Made by a program: the position numbers and the translations under genes. This document shows, piece after piece, positions 14,453-25,792 of a stretch of DNA of 64,000 bases. Under the pieces are notes generated by a model, which was given only the letters and a program-made list of their open reading frames with translations, was not told where the DNA came from and did no database searches. This DNA comes from Podarcis melisellensis (taxonomy: Eukaryota): assembly GCA_964234715.1 (NCBI GenBank), contig OZ174276.1. The stretch is one strand, 5' to 3'. Every line of letters starts with the position of its first letter. Positions within the stretch are counted from its first letter, which is position 1.

Positions 14453-16712
14453 TATCCACTTCTTCTATTTAAAAAATCCCTGACTTTTTCTGGTTAGGAA
14501 AGTGAAGAGGAAACTGATAAGTGTAGGATGAAGAAATGCTTAACAGTAAGATATATATGAATTCTGTACGACTAAATAAAGATGAATGTTCTTTGTGGAT
14601 GAACGTTCCCCACAAAGAAATCAGAAGTTGATGGACGGTAAGCTTGAATGAAAATATATATTTTTGCCATGAAGCATGCTCAGCTAGGTTACCAGGAGAG
14701 GTCAAATTCCCTTTCTAAAAGCTGCAGATATCTTAAAGGACTTGAAACAACACGGTCTGCAGACAAATCTGTTCCTGCCCTCTGCTGCATCCTTACTAAG
14801 TTTCAGCCACTGCCTTTTGAAGCCCTTTGGAAATGGTCTGCTTGGACAGAGGCATGCTTCACAGATATCTGGCTTTTGGAGCAGGAGCACAGTGTACGTT
14901 GGGGTGACAATCCCAATCACTAAATGGGTCTATCCAAGAGGTAGCTGGTCTGGGTGCGCAAGTGCGATTAGTTCTAGGCATAGTTAGACCACTCAAAAGA
15001 GGTTATACAGCATTTCCCTTGAATCCAAGTAGCAAGGCAAGAAGGAAGCCAAAATTCAACTCTGTTTATAATAGCTCCAGACAGCAGCAGACCTTGGCCG
15101 CTAAACATTTATGCAACGCAAACGCATGTCAAGAAACAGGTTGTGACCAGCTGTCTGTTGTAACAGAGGTATAGGTCACAGCTGTTTCCCTTGCTTGGAG
15201 CCACTCGTAATTCTCTGTAAGACAAAGCACAAAGCCAGGGCCACCATCTAGTGCAGGCGGAGGTAGCGTTAATTCCAGCAATTACACAGGCCACTGGTCA
15301 CAGATGAGACCGTTGATCCCTGACTCAAAACTCGGAGAGTAGGACAGTAAAGGGGGGTATGGAAGAAGAGTCTTGGGAAAGAGCGAAATGAGTGGGAAAC
15401 ATGACATTTTAAAGACTGAAGCTTTCAAATTTGCAAGTGACTGGGGAATATAATAAGAGATCCTGCTTGTTTGGATTTAAGAACTGTGATGCATAGGTAG
15501 CCTGATGAAATAGGGTTGCCATATTTCAAACAGTGAAAATCCGGACAGAAAAATCGTTGAGTGTTTGTTGTTTTCTCTTTACCGCTTCCAACTGCAGTAT
15601 TCCGGATATGTCTGGGAAATTACCGACGTACAGCAAGGGATATCACCAGGGCCACTGGAGTGAAGGCTAAGGTGGTGCTCTCCTCTTCTACATGCAAAAG
15701 CTGACTTGATTGGCAGCTCAATCTTACTGCAACACTGGCCACAGGATAGTGTCCTCCAGCACACCTGAGGGCAGCAGACTAGTTTCGCAGGTGCATGGTG
15801 CACACAGCGCTACCTTCCAATAGCTCAGGGCTCCGGGGACAGCAGCTGCTGCCCCCCCCCCCCCCATCATCTAGCTGCTGTCATATCACTCTGCCTACTA
15901 CTAGGGCTGGCTTGAGAATGCTTGCTGCCTTAGCAGCAGAAGCAGCACCTGCAGCTGTGCTCCCCTCAACTCAGCAGCGTTTCCTGAAGTCATAATATAG
16001 CAGGACTGCCAAACACAAGATGTTCAGAAGCAGAGCAGCATTTGAATAAAGAGAAAATAGACTTGCACATCTATATAAGTTTGAGAGCCATGAACCTCTC
16101 TTGATACACACCCCTCCTCAGTTGTAGAAATTGAAGTCTCTCAGAAAAGGAAGCCGGAGAACATTTTTTATTCTAGAGACTTCCGTGGCAATTTCTACGT
16201 GATGAGTCTGTGTTTGCACAAACTGGTTGCTGTAGGAGAGCTTCCAAGAGAATCTGTTATTCCAGCACAAAACTCTTACTTACTTCAAATTGGTTGAACC
16301 CTGATGTGGAATCTGGGCCTCTCACAGTTATTGTGTGGGTTTCTAAAAGGATTCTGTCTATATTACTCCCTGACAGGGCTCTTAATGCAGATCTGAAGCA
16401 CTGCTTCTCTTATGCTGGGCAGAAAGCTCAGGAAGCTTGGTTGTACTTGTGGACAGCACATTTTTACTATGCCTGAAATGCAGCACATATATCATTTAAA
16501 ATTCATGTATTAAAATGGGAAGGACTATCTGCTGTTAGAACAAAGTTGGAAGATCTCTAACTGAATATTGTTTCAGAAGAGGAGAATCTCATCCCTAGCA
16601 GCTGTGCTGGCTGGGACTGATGGGAATTGGCATCCAATGACACCTGGTCAGACTGTGGGTTATCCCATTCGGTTTTAAGATCTCCCAGTGGACTCTTCTG
16701 AAGGTACCGATG

Positions 16713-16927
16713 CAATGGTACCTTGGGTTAACAACTTAATTCATTCTGGAGGTCCATTCTTAACCTGAAACTGTTCTTCACCTAAGGTACCACTTTAGCT
16801 AATGGGGCCTCCCACCACTGTAACGCAATTTCTGTTCTCATCCTGAAGCAAAGTTCTTAACCCGAGGTACTATTTCTGGGTTAGCGGAGTCTGTAACCTG
16901 AAGCGTTTGTAACCTGAGGTACCACTG
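16713..16927. mobile_element. Second copy of the 441-682 MITE family
   Basis: Near-identical body (CCACTTTAGCTAATGGGGCCTCC...CATCCTGAAGCAAAGTTCTTAACC) and TIRs. Confidence 0.85.
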
Positions 16928-19900
16928 TCAAATATTCATAGCGTGGAGGAGCAGGACCTTTTCAATGGTTGCCCCCAGGGTTGTGAAATACCCTAATTTG
17001 GCCTCATTTCTTCCTTCCCCAGGATAAGCAAGTGCAAACATTTTTATTCCACCATGCTTTTGAGAGCAGTACCTTTGTTAAATGAAACTGAGAGCTGATG
17101 AAGTACTGTTTTGATCTGTTTTACTGACCCACAGAATGCATTTTTGTTGCTGCCATGTTTTATGCTACAAACCATTTGTAAACAATTGTTAAAGAACAGC
17201 TCACAAGTGTCACAAATAAACACACTTTTGCTAGCCCTGTTCCTATAGGTATTACATCTGATGCATCTGAACTCTGTCTAAGGGACATTGATTATGCATT
17301 TATTTCGTGGAGGAAATCATTGGGCCCGACATCAGAAAGCTTTTTTCCTTCTCACTGGAAATGCTGCCGTTCAGAATTTGCATAGCTGTCTCCAAACCAA
17401 TTTACAAGCGATTACTGCAGAGATTCAGTCCCTTCCTGCAAAATCATGTCTTGAGTATCACAGTGGGAAGTTTCAAGAAATGTGAGTTACTTAGCTTACT
17501 AAGACTGCAGTCCTCCCCTGCATACACAGTGGACTTGAACCCTCTTGTAGTCAGTGGCATTTGCCTCCAATTAGACACGCACAGGATCAGGTTGCAAGTC
17601 AAGGAAGCTGCATGAACGCTGAGTTGCTGATAACGGAAGCTTCATCCTTAACAAAGATTATGTTTTCTTATGGAGCCATTACAGTATTTATGAAGATGGC
17701 TACCACATCTGCCTTAACCATCCATTAAATATATCGGGGCTGATCTTTCCCCCTTTTGCATATCTTTGTTTTTGACTCAAATGGAAATAAAGGCAGGCCT
17801 GTAATGAATCTGTCAAGGAAATCAAGGATGTTTGTGCTTCTAAATGAAATGTGGTGATATAAAAGTCTGTAAGTTATAAAGGGAACTATCCTTGGACAAT
17901 TAAGTGATTTGCCGTGTGTGTGTAAACAGGAGAGCATTTGTGCTGTGAAATAAATGCTTTCATACTTCTCTGGAGTTAGGGTTATGGTGACATACATCTA
18001 TTTGTAACTCTATTCTATCCTTCTTATAACAAACATGTTTCTTATCGCTAAAATTGTGAATGCACAGTCCAGTTCTGTTTAGTAGCGTGAGGCAATATGA
18101 AAGAAGGCTTTGGACTTCTTGAAACCAGAGGCACAGACTGGGAACCAAATGATGTCAGCAAGCCACTTTCCCAAGCCACAAGGGGAAAGCAAAGAAACTC
18201 CCTAGAGGCATGAGTCAGGTTATAGGGGGAAACCAATCCCACTCCCATATTTGGCAAGCAGGGGAACTGGGTTCATATTCTGGAGTCAGAGCCACCAGGC
18301 AAAATGCTCTTCCACCTCAGCATCACAAGACTTGACTCACAGACATCATCTCTGGCTGTGGCCATCTCAGGTATTTCCAGGTAGGGCATAATTTGAGATG
18401 AAGGATCATGTCTGGAACTTGTTTTTCAGAATTAAGTGTTTTATTCTAAGAGTTCAAGGGCTACTAGAGCACATCTATCTGATCCCGACAATTACAGCAT
18501 AGTCCGGTGCATATGTCATCAGTAAAAACATTTCGAATGGACAAGAACAGGTTAAATTCAACAAAAGAGATAGGTCCCATAAAACAGTAAGAGCTCGACA
18601 CACCTCTTGGGGAAGGAACAGCTCCCTAAATCAAAACAGCTTAACTGTCAAAGGTTGGGGTAAAGAGATGCGTCTTCAGTTTATTGACCCACATCCGGCC
18701 TATCACTGCCTCCATGCACCAGTTTAGCACTTTGATCACCTCTCCTGATTCAGATAGAACAGAGAGAGAGAGCTGGGTGTCATTCGCTTATTGGTGACAC
18801 CTCAGTCCAAATTTCCTGGTGATAGTTCTTGGCAGTTTCAGATTCATATTCAATAGCACGGGGGACAAAATGGTGATGAATAATGGCTCCCATATACCTT
18901 ATGTGCATAGCCTACGTAGTCTGGGACTCACTGGAAAGATTTCAGTGTTGTGCTCTTCTGATCATTCATCCCCCCCCCATACAATATTCTGGAGTCTTGC
19001 CTGACTCCCTAGACTTAATTGGGTGGGGGACAAGAAGAGGAGGAGGAAAGCCCCATTACACTAGAGGGAGCCCTTGTGTTGCCTTCCGCCTGGATTAGTC
19101 AAATCTGGGCTTCTGTTTCAAGCTTGCAATACCTGTGTGATTTATTTTTTGTTGTGTTTGTGCTGCTTTTATGTATTACTTTGTAATTAAATCATTTTAA
19201 TATATTCTAATAGGATGACAAGAAAACTTGCCATATATATTACAGAATGGCACAAGAATGCAACAAATAAGAAATACTTGCTCCTGATTATTCAGCATCT
19301 ACGTTCCACAATTACTTTCAGTATTTCATAAGTATGAAAATAAAACCAATAGCCATCCTCTGGGCTCTATGTTGTTTTCCCAGAACCTAACTGAAAATAC
19401 CGTGTTATTAGCTGGATGTTTCTCTTTTTAACTTGTCTGGAGCCTGTTTTCAGTGCCAGTCTACAGCCCAGAAAAATGCAGAGCAAAAACCAATAAGAGA
19501 GCCTTTTACTGCATACAGGATTAATTTCTCCCTGTACTGATTAACACAACCCTATTAAGCGGAGATAAGCATTTTCATTGCCTGATCCACAACATACCTA
19601 TCTTTTTAGGTGGGGAGCAGGGGAGGATCACATTACCAAATTAGCATAAGAGTGAGAAAATTCTCTGCTATGGATTACAGGGTTTAGTATTGGTTAACCC
19701 ATCTCTGCAGAGCCTGTGTGGGGCAGCTCTCAGTCCCTGGCAGGGAGCTGGATCCATTCCTACTTTGTCTTGCTGTGACGGAGTTGCTTTCATGTAGCTA
19801 AATCAGGCTACCACTCTCAACAGAACTGGAAGAGACAGGAAGATTCCCATCTAGCAAACAATACCAGCAGATGGAATAAGTAACACATTAAAGCAAATAT

Positions 19901-20286
19901 CATAAATCGAAGCCCATAAATCATGTGCAGGAGAGGAGGTTCCCACAGAGGAGAGGAAAAACAATCTGCCCTAGGTTGCAAAGGACAGTGAAAACACTGT
20001 TGAATGTAGATGGTGTTTCTTTGTCACTGGAATAGGTGGCCTTCTAAAAAACCCAGCTTTGGGACGGTTTTTACCAGCATGTTTTTCCTGCTCTGCCACT
20101 CTCAATGAAAACATCTCACGCTGAAGATCATCAGCCCCCCTTCATGAGGGGCTGAGGCCAGGATACAGGGAGTCCCCGAAAGAAGGCATTGTGGAAAATA
20201 GGCTGGAATGTACTAGCTGAAAAGCGCAAGAGAGCAGGGCAGACGGGCTTCAGCCTTGCAGGCTCTACCACAGTGGCTCACATGAG

Positions 20287-20471
20287 CAGGACCAGCCCAC
20301 ACGTGAGGCAACTGCCTCAGGCAGTAGAATCCACGAGGGTAGCAGCTCCTGATGTGGGATCTTTATGCCCTGCCTTGTTCCCAATGTAGATCTTCATTCA
20401 CCCCTTCTTCCTTGTTGGGGGGGGGGGGTTGGGGTTTGCCTCAGTTGCCAAAATGTCTTGGGCTGGGCCTG
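20287..20471. mobile_element. hAT-type MITE
   Basis: TIR CAGGACCAGCCC / GGGCTGGGCCTG; perfect 8-bp TSD CACATGAG (20279-20286, 20472-20479). Confidence 0.85.
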
Positions 20472-20944
20472 CACATGAGGCTGGAAATACTCTTAGAAAG
20501 AGCAGGATGTCTTTGAGCACACGGTCCACTCATTTTCAGTGTCAGAACTGATCCTAACGTACCTGTTATTGGCAGTTATCCAACCTGGCATAAAAGAGGT
20601 TGGGAATGCCAGACAAAATACTTGGGGTAAAAGCATAAGAAGGCCATTGGCCTATCAGCTTTCCAGTGTCTTGGGCAGGGGAAGTGACTTGTGACTCTTT
20701 CACCAGATTCTGTACCCTCTCTAACTTTTAGTCCTTCCTGAGCTGCCCAAGCACCTGTGCATGGAAGCAACGAGCAGGAAATAAAGGATTATGTTTGTTT
20801 GGTCAATGCAAGTTATATGCTGTTTGTTATATGGCATGATCTCCCCTTTCCTGCTCCTGTGTGATGCTATGGAATTCCTCCCCAAACCAAAAACCCATCA
20901 ACTTGGAGTCATGCAGGGGGAGCAGAGGTGGAAAATCCCTTTTC

Positions 20945-21677
20945 CAGGGGTCAGCAAACTTTTTCAGCAGGGGGCCTGTCCACTGTCCCTCAGACCTTGG
21001 AGAGGGGCTGACTATATTTAGAAAAATATAAATAGCCTGCAAGCCGGTCCCACGGCTGCCTCCAGACCTGGAGGAGGAATGCACTCCGCATGTGCTCAGG
21101 AGCGCGCCTTGGTGCCGCCCACTCACTGGCATTGTTGACAAGCAGCAGCCATTCCATCGGCCCGTTCCTGCAGAGCTCCCAGGTGGCGTGCACCATGCAC
21201 TGCGGCCCATTGGCTGAGGCCAGATCAGCAGGCAGGCCACGCACACGTGGCGCCGGGCAGGTAGCATGCAGCTTGCCCTCCAGCTGCTCCAGCAAGGCCG
21301 TCAAGCATGCCACCAGCAGCAGCTCTGAGCCAGGCACCGGGCGCGGGGCCAGCAGGCTCACCAAGCTCTGGCTGAAGCCCCGCGACACGCCTGTCACGAT
21401 GCCCATGGAGCGGCCCAGACCACCGACCACCCACCCGCCAGCCTCTCCACCCATGGCCACACTCGGTTTACCTCAGCGCAGCCAATCCGAAGCCGTGAAG
21501 CATTGTGGAAGTCAGTCCCCGCATGGTGAGACATCCGCGGCTTCTTTTCAAGGAAAGGCCACACCGTGCCAGTTTAGCTCAGCGGGGACTGACTGAGTGG
21601 GTGGCAGGGTCTACGGGCTGGATTTATGAGCCTGGTGGGCCACATCCGGCCCCTGGACCATAGTTTGCCAAGCCCTG
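20945..21677. mobile_element. Non-autonomous hAT-like DNA transposon carrying captured host DNA (Pack-type)
   Basis: Left end CAGGGGTCAGCAAACT; right end AGTTTGCCAAGCCCTG (reverse complement CAGGGCTTGGCAAACT) with GGGCC..ATCCGGCCC subterminal motifs. The GC-rich interior encodes SPR exon 1. No 8-bp TSD is recognisable. Confidence 0.8.
21127..21454 (-). pseudogene. SPR: Captured sepiapterin reductase coding exon 1 (gene fragment)
   Basis: MGGEAGGWVVGGLGRSMGIVTGVSRGFSQSLVSLLAPRPVPGSELLLVACLTALLEQLEGKL...RVRGLPADLAS...EWLLLVNNA matches the SPR N-terminus (GGLGRAVCLLTGASRGFG...PGS.L.L.AR...ADL...LLLINNAG). Ends at the phase-1 donor A|gtgagt; 328 bp with no stop or frameshift. Confidence 0.88.
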
Positions 21678-23503
21678 TGCTAGTAGAACGGTTCCTGCTA
21701 GCCCAACTATTTAGTTGAATCCCGCTCTGTGGCTCATCGTAAAGTATCTGTAAAACTAAATCCAAAATACCATGTCAAATTAAGAACCCTTGAAAGTACG
21801 GTGTGCTTTGAAAATATTTCCGGTTAGTCAATGGAAATCTGAGGCACTGACAGGACTGAATTAACTTGGACCTAGAATACAGGCATTTTCTATTCTAGGT
21901 CTATTTTGCTATGAATTAAGGTGCTTCCCTTGATGTAAGTAGCAGAAGTGTGTGGAATGCTGCACGTACTGGCTTCAGATATTCCTCTGCCTGAACAAAG
22001 TTTTCCAAATGGATCTTTGCTCATAACTATGGTGAGGATTAATAATAATGATGATGATGATGAAAAATTGGGTAAGTTCAGTCTCTCATAACAGCTAGGT
22101 CTTCGGGTGCTACACACACACCTCTGCCTGAGCTAAAAAGGCAAGTATAATAAAACGAGTGAGAACAGCATTCATAAAACTCTCCAAATACCCAAGGCAT
22201 ATTTACCTTGGAATAAGCATAGCTGACCTCAGTAGAACTTATTTCAAAGCAAGCTTGTATAGAGAGCGGAGCAGATTTATAAAAATCCAGATGATAAATG
22301 CATTAACAAATGGAAGCCAAACTGAGAACTGATGGGAATCATTGACAGCAAATGTTGCGCAATGTGATACAGTACTTTGCTCTGTATAAAGTATGTATGT
22401 ATGTGCGTGTGTGTGTGTCTGTCAGCTCAGACCCTGCATGTTTTGATCATGCCCACAGCCAGCCAAGCTTACTGGTATGTGACATTTCCCTGCCTCAAGG
22501 CCAAAAACATTGCCGCAGCTGGAACAAAATAAAAGGTTGCCACCCCTTTCTTTCTTCCCAACACCTTGTGTTAGCAACAGCCTAATCTGCAGAAATGGAG
22601 CCTTAGTGACAGGAAAAGCTACAGCCACAAGTCAGCTGTATTGATTGCTGTTAAGCACAGGAGGAACATTGAAATAAATGATCTATGGAATACTACTGTT
22701 CACTATTAGTTCATTCACCTCTTCAGTTTATATCCTTCCATCCACTGAGTTGCACACTATAAAGCCATACAATAAAATTTTAAATAGCTAAAACATCAGC
22801 TAAGATGCAGCAAATAGCAATAAAATGACAATATTGAAGCAGCTCAGTGGAGTATTTCCATTGCTCCACGCAAAAACTTGGGCATTAATGTATGTTTTAA
22901 GGCAGCACCAATTAACAAATAATTCTCTGCCTGGTTTTCTCAGTCAATGATGTGGTAAGCAGAAATAATTTTCATGCATTATTAGAAGACTGTTCCATGG
23001 GGCTGATTTGGTTTGCAAAAGGCACCTAACTAGGCAAAAAGCAGTGGCAGATTTGGGAGTCTCAGATTTCAATGGCTTTCCTGTGTGATGCCAAAATTCA
23101 TTCTCCTGCCCTGCCCCCCCACCTCTTATGCTCCATTCTAAATCACCCATTCCAGTGCCCTGAGAATCCATGCCCAGTGCGACCAAACCAGTCGCTCTCC
23201 CCTAAATATGCCTCTGCAAACAGCACAATACAGTCGCTCTAAAAAGCAGGGGACATGAAGTGGTGCCAATGTGAAGTGCCCCCCCCAACCCTCAGTGGCA
23301 CATGGTAACTGGTAATAACGGTCCTGCCAAAGGTTTGTCTAGTCCAGCATAATGTTTCTTGCTTGCTTCCAACTAGATGTCTCTTAGCAAGGATATGGGC
23401 AGGGCATGAGGGTGACTGGTGTTCAGAGGGCATGGTTCCTCTGATCCTGGAAGGAAAGTAGAGCCCTATGACTAATAGCCATGGATAGCCTTATCCTCCA
23501 TCC

Positions 23504-23642
23504 CAGGGGGCGTGTCGCGTGTCCTGGGGGCGTGGTGCACGTCCCAGGGGTGTGCGGCTGAACGGGGGGGTCGGCATTTTGTCACCCCTCCTTTGGAATG
23601 GCACCTGGAGTGCCCCCCCGCCCCCACCTCGGAACGCCCCTG
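23504..23642. mobile_element. GC-rich MITE remnant inserted in an old CR1-like LINE 3' fragment (~23330-24005)
   Basis: Ends CAGGGGGCGT / ACGCCCCTG. The flanks resemble a minus-strand CR1 3' region. Confidence 0.55.
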
Positions 23643-24019
23643 ATTGCCACATCTTGAGAAAGCAAATTCCATAGTTTTAACCGTGTGTTCTATTAAGTAG
23701 TTCTTTCTTTTGTCTGTTCTTAATCTCCCACCTTCATTGGATGACCCTAGATTCTAAACATTATGGAAGCTGCAGAAAATGTCTCTTATCAGCTGTGGTT
23801 CTAAACAGACTTGCCTGGGAGTAAATCCCATTGAATTCAATGGGGCTGGCTTCTAAGTAGCTGTGTATAGGGTGGCCTTGTTAGTTTCTATCCACTTTTC
23901 CCACACCACACATGATTTTATACAACTCTATCATGTCTCCTTTACTCACTTTCCCCCCCTAAACCAAGTAGCCCCAAATGTTGCAAGTTTTCCTTGTGAC
24001 AGAGCTGTGGCACAAAATG

Positions 24020-24038
24020 GATGATGATGATGATGATG

Positions 24039-24091
<53 letters not shown>
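24020..24091. repeat. Compound (GAT)n(AAT)n microsatellite
   Basis: Direct reading. Confidence 0.95.
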
Positions 24092-24194
24092 TTGTTATTT
24101 ATACCACTCTGGGCAGCTCCCAATAGAATATTAAAAACACGATAAAACATCAAACATCATCACATAGGGACAACCATCATGGAAAGTCATTTAG

Positions 24195-24330
24195 GCTGCA
24201 TACATTTAAAGTCAACCCCCCCCAAGAATCCTAGGAACTGTAGTTTACAGTTCCCAACACCCATAGCAAACTACAATTCCTAGGATTCTTTGGGGAGGGG
24301 ACAATATGCTTTAAATGTATGGTGTGGTAA
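24195..24330. repeat. Palindromic MITE-like repeat (related copy ~40730-40850)
   Basis: CATACATTTAAAG...GAATCCTAGGAACTGTAGTTT / AAACTACAATTCCTAGGATTC...CTTTAAATGTATG inverted arms. Confidence 0.65.
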
Positions 24331-25447
24331 ACAGCCATTTTGCATTCACCATACTTTATGCTTGCTAATGAGTGATTCTCCATTGAGTGGCCAAAAAGGT
24401 GGTGGTGGTGGGAATCAACCATTAGTTCCCTGGAAAGGACCTCAGAATGAGACGTTAATTGCTGGCTGGCACTAGATTATGGATTATATTCTCTTTCACA
24501 AGCAGCCCTCCGTCGCTCAAAGCCAGAAGATGGGACAATAAGTGCAGCCAGTGAGCAATTCTCATCACAACAACTGACCTAAATACTTTCCTTAACAATA
24601 TTGTCTTTTCAGAACAAATGCATTGAAAACCGGGGCTGTGTGTGTGTGTGTGTGTGTGCGCGCGCTCTCCCACTGTTGTTCTCCAACAACTGGTCCATTC
24701 TCACAAATCCAAATGTGCTGCTTTTAATCAGTAAGACTTTTTTAAAAACTTGGCTATCAACCATGTAGTTATTTATAATAGTGTTTTCCTCCCATCCTCC
24801 TCAGTAGAGTTGCCCCTTTTCTGGAACTGCTCCTGTATTTTTAAACAATGGTCTGGAGAGAATTCATATGGGGAAGCTTTTCCCAGCCCTCCCTGTGTCT
24901 CTGTGTCAGGAAAAGCTTCCCCACGATGAATTTCCTCCAGTTCTGCAGCCTGACCAGACACTGGCAGAAGCCTTAACTGGAAGAACACAATGCACACAGA
25001 ATAAACAGGCTAGCAGTCCTCATTTGTGCTCACAGGACCTCCTCATTGGCATAATTCCCTATGGTTTGTCAATTATGTAAATGGGCTTCTTTTGATGTAT
25101 CTCCCAGTTCCAGGAATGTAATGAGGACTGAAAGGAGTCAGCGATTAGGCCATCTGCAGTGTACAGAACAAGGGAAACAGAGGAAATACAGGAAACATGC
25201 TGGAATAATACAGGGGAACTCCTTCAAGGGTAGTGGATGTACAAGGAAGCTTAGTGGTAAAGTACCTGCTTTTAATGCAAAGGGTCCAAGGTTCAATTTC
25301 TGGCATTTTCACCCATGACTAGGAAAGTCTCTTGCCTGCAAACCTGGGGAGCTGCTTCTAGCCAGTGTGGACAATACTGAGCTAGATGAACCAATATGGT
25401 GAGATAGAAACTGGAGTCTGAAGGATCCCCTCCTCCCATATATACCT

Positions 25448-25792
25448 TGTTGTCGTTTAGTTGTTTAGTCGTGTCCAACTCTTCGTGACCCCATGGACCA
25501 GAGCACGCCAGGCACTCCTGTCTTCCATTGCCTCCCGCAGTTTGGTCAAACTCATGCTGGTAGCTTCGAGAACACCATCCAACCATCTCGTCCTCTGTCG
25601 TCCCCTTCTCCTTGTGCCCTCCATCTTTCCCAGCATCAGGGTCTTTTCCAGGGAGTCTTCTCTCCTCATGAGGTGGCCAAAGTATTGGAGCCTCAGCTTC
25701 AGGATCTGTCCTTCCAGTGAGCACTCAGGGCTGATTTCCTTAAGAATGGATAGGTTTGATCTTCTTGCAGTCCATGGGACTCTCAAGCTGCA
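25448..25792 (-). mobile_element. 5'-truncated BovB (RTE) LINE
   Basis: LRVPWTARRSNLSILKEISPECSLEGQILKLRLQYFGHLMRREDSLEKTLMLGKMEG.RRRGRQR.RWLD is the BovB ORF C-terminus. CAA-type tail; TSD CATATATACCT (25437-25447, 25793-25803). Confidence 0.93.

Larger units (their letters stand above)
9322..17481 (+). pseudogene. Putative decayed multi-exon gene relic, identity uncertain
   Basis: Series of plus-strand AG..GT-bounded, coding-like segments with frameshifts and stops (9322-9499, 11385-11488, 13284-13439, 14498-14637, 17249-17481), plus an internal duplication that preserves a branch point and acceptor. Confidence 0.35.

Noticed and set aside
20990-21460. Functional SPR gene or SPR retrocopy
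   Set aside because: I found no exons 2-3 or catalytic YxxxK segment in the window; the Rossmann glycine motif is broken; homology stops at a splice donor; and there is no poly(A).
21090-21596. 168-aa plus-strand ORF and the 146-aa alternative minus frame
   Set aside because: Antisense and alternate-frame shadows of the GC-rich SPR fragment.
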